Assembly: GCA_963777505.1 (NCBI GenBank)
Contig: CAVZQN010000007.1
Coordinates: 128,001-192,000 of the forward strand
DNA from: an uncultured bacterium
Lineage (GTDB): Bacteria; Acidobacteriota; HRBIN11; JAKEFK01
Direction: 5' to 3'
DNA: 64,000 nt
Shown: positions 63,476-64,000 of the stretch, piece by piece
How positions within the stretch are numbered: the first letter of the stretch is position 1
How the letters are laid out: each line of letters begins with the position of its first letter
Made by a program: the position numbers and the translations under genes
Notes under the pieces: model-generated
What the model was told of the DNA's origin: nothing
What the model saw: only the letters and a program-made list of their open reading frames with translations
The model's database searches: none

Positions 63476-64000
63476 ATGAACGTAAGAATATCAACTTCAC
63501 TAACAAAACTTTTCACTGAACTACAGGAGTCCAGTGTGACCCCTGAAGTTTCGAAACCACAACTTAGCAATGTTCAAGAGGCTGCTGCAGCTGTAAGTCG
63601 AGTATCAACCGGCTTGGAATTTATTCAACAGCATGGCTTCGACTTTACCAGCACCGTTCAAAAAGCGTTGATGGAACGCTTGTCGATAGGTTTTGATAAA
63701 ACAGCGACGAAATTTCCGAGCACTGAGTCGCCTCTTTTTGTAAAAGGTAACGGTGATACGAACTCTGTAGATGGGAGTGATATAAACCAGCAAGGCTTGC
63801 GAAACTGCTGGCTGATGGCTCCGCTTGCCGCAATGGCGGAGAAGGATCCGGAAGCCATTAAACGGATGATCAAAGATAATGGTAACGGCACGTATACCGT
63901 AACATTTAAAGAAAAAATAATGACGAATCCTCCTGTTTATGTTGACAAACCGGTCACTGTTACGGCTGATTTTCCTGGTGGAAAAGCAGGTAACGGACAT
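63476..64000 (+). CDS. Calpain-like (C2) cysteine protease domain protein, partial (runs off the window)
   Basis: GGAGG RBS, ATG 63476, open to the end; DINQQGLRNCWLMAPLAAMA...IKDNGNGTYTVTF; missing from the ORF track. Confidence 0.75.
   Translation, partial: MNVRISTSLTKLFTELQESSVTPEVSKPQLSNVQEAAAAVSRVSTGLEFIQQHGFDFTSTVQKALMERLSIGFDKTATKFPSTESPLFVKGNGDTNSVDGSDINQQGLRNCWLMAPLAAMAEKDPEAIKRMIKDNGNGTYTVTFKEKIMTNPPVYVDKPVTVTADFPGGKAGNGH

Noticed and set aside
63304-64000. Minus-strand ORFs 63304..63570 and 63605..64000
   Set aside because: Antisense to the RBS-led calpain-like + strand gene
1-64000. Core T3SS/T6SS/flagellar apparatus, prophage, integrase, transposase, tRNA or rRNA
   Set aside because: No recognisable signatures in any ORF or intergenic region, so the secretion hypothesis rests on substrates, chaperone and promoters only

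Overview
Bacterial accessory-type region, moderately AT-rich, Acidobacteriota-like by gene content (inference from the TIGR02999-type ECF sigma/Ser-Thr kinase pair, kinase-TPR paralogues, ABC-permease/M1 peptidase fusion and FG-GAP/SBBP proteins). I see no rRNA, tRNA, CRISPR array or transposase. Many genes carry single-base frameshifts, probably assembly errors, and there are also several genuine gene relics. Recognisable genes include a GAF-sigma54 activator, ABC transporter, B12-radical SAM enzyme, two-component system, two PA-domain M4 proteases, an S1 protease, an ATP-grasp ligase and two TA-like pairs. The main signal is about 13 scattered 'hypothetical' genes whose products lack Sec signal peptides and start with S/T/P/Q-rich tails. 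Eleven carry one of two positionally conserved N-terminal motifs. Their C-termini are unrelated and often enzymatic (peptidoglycan-binding + HExxH, YkuD-like, calpain-like, RTX-like, coiled-coil/hydrophobic). One of these proteins has a C-terminus that aligns with the T3SS needle helix and is coupled to a TPR chaperone-like gene. The genes fall under recurring promoter motifs: sigma54 with tandem UAS palindromes, two ECF-like motifs, and weaker sigma28-like boxes. My inference is a dispersed substrate arsenal and regulon of a type III-like, possibly antibacterial, secretion system whose core apparatus is not in this window.
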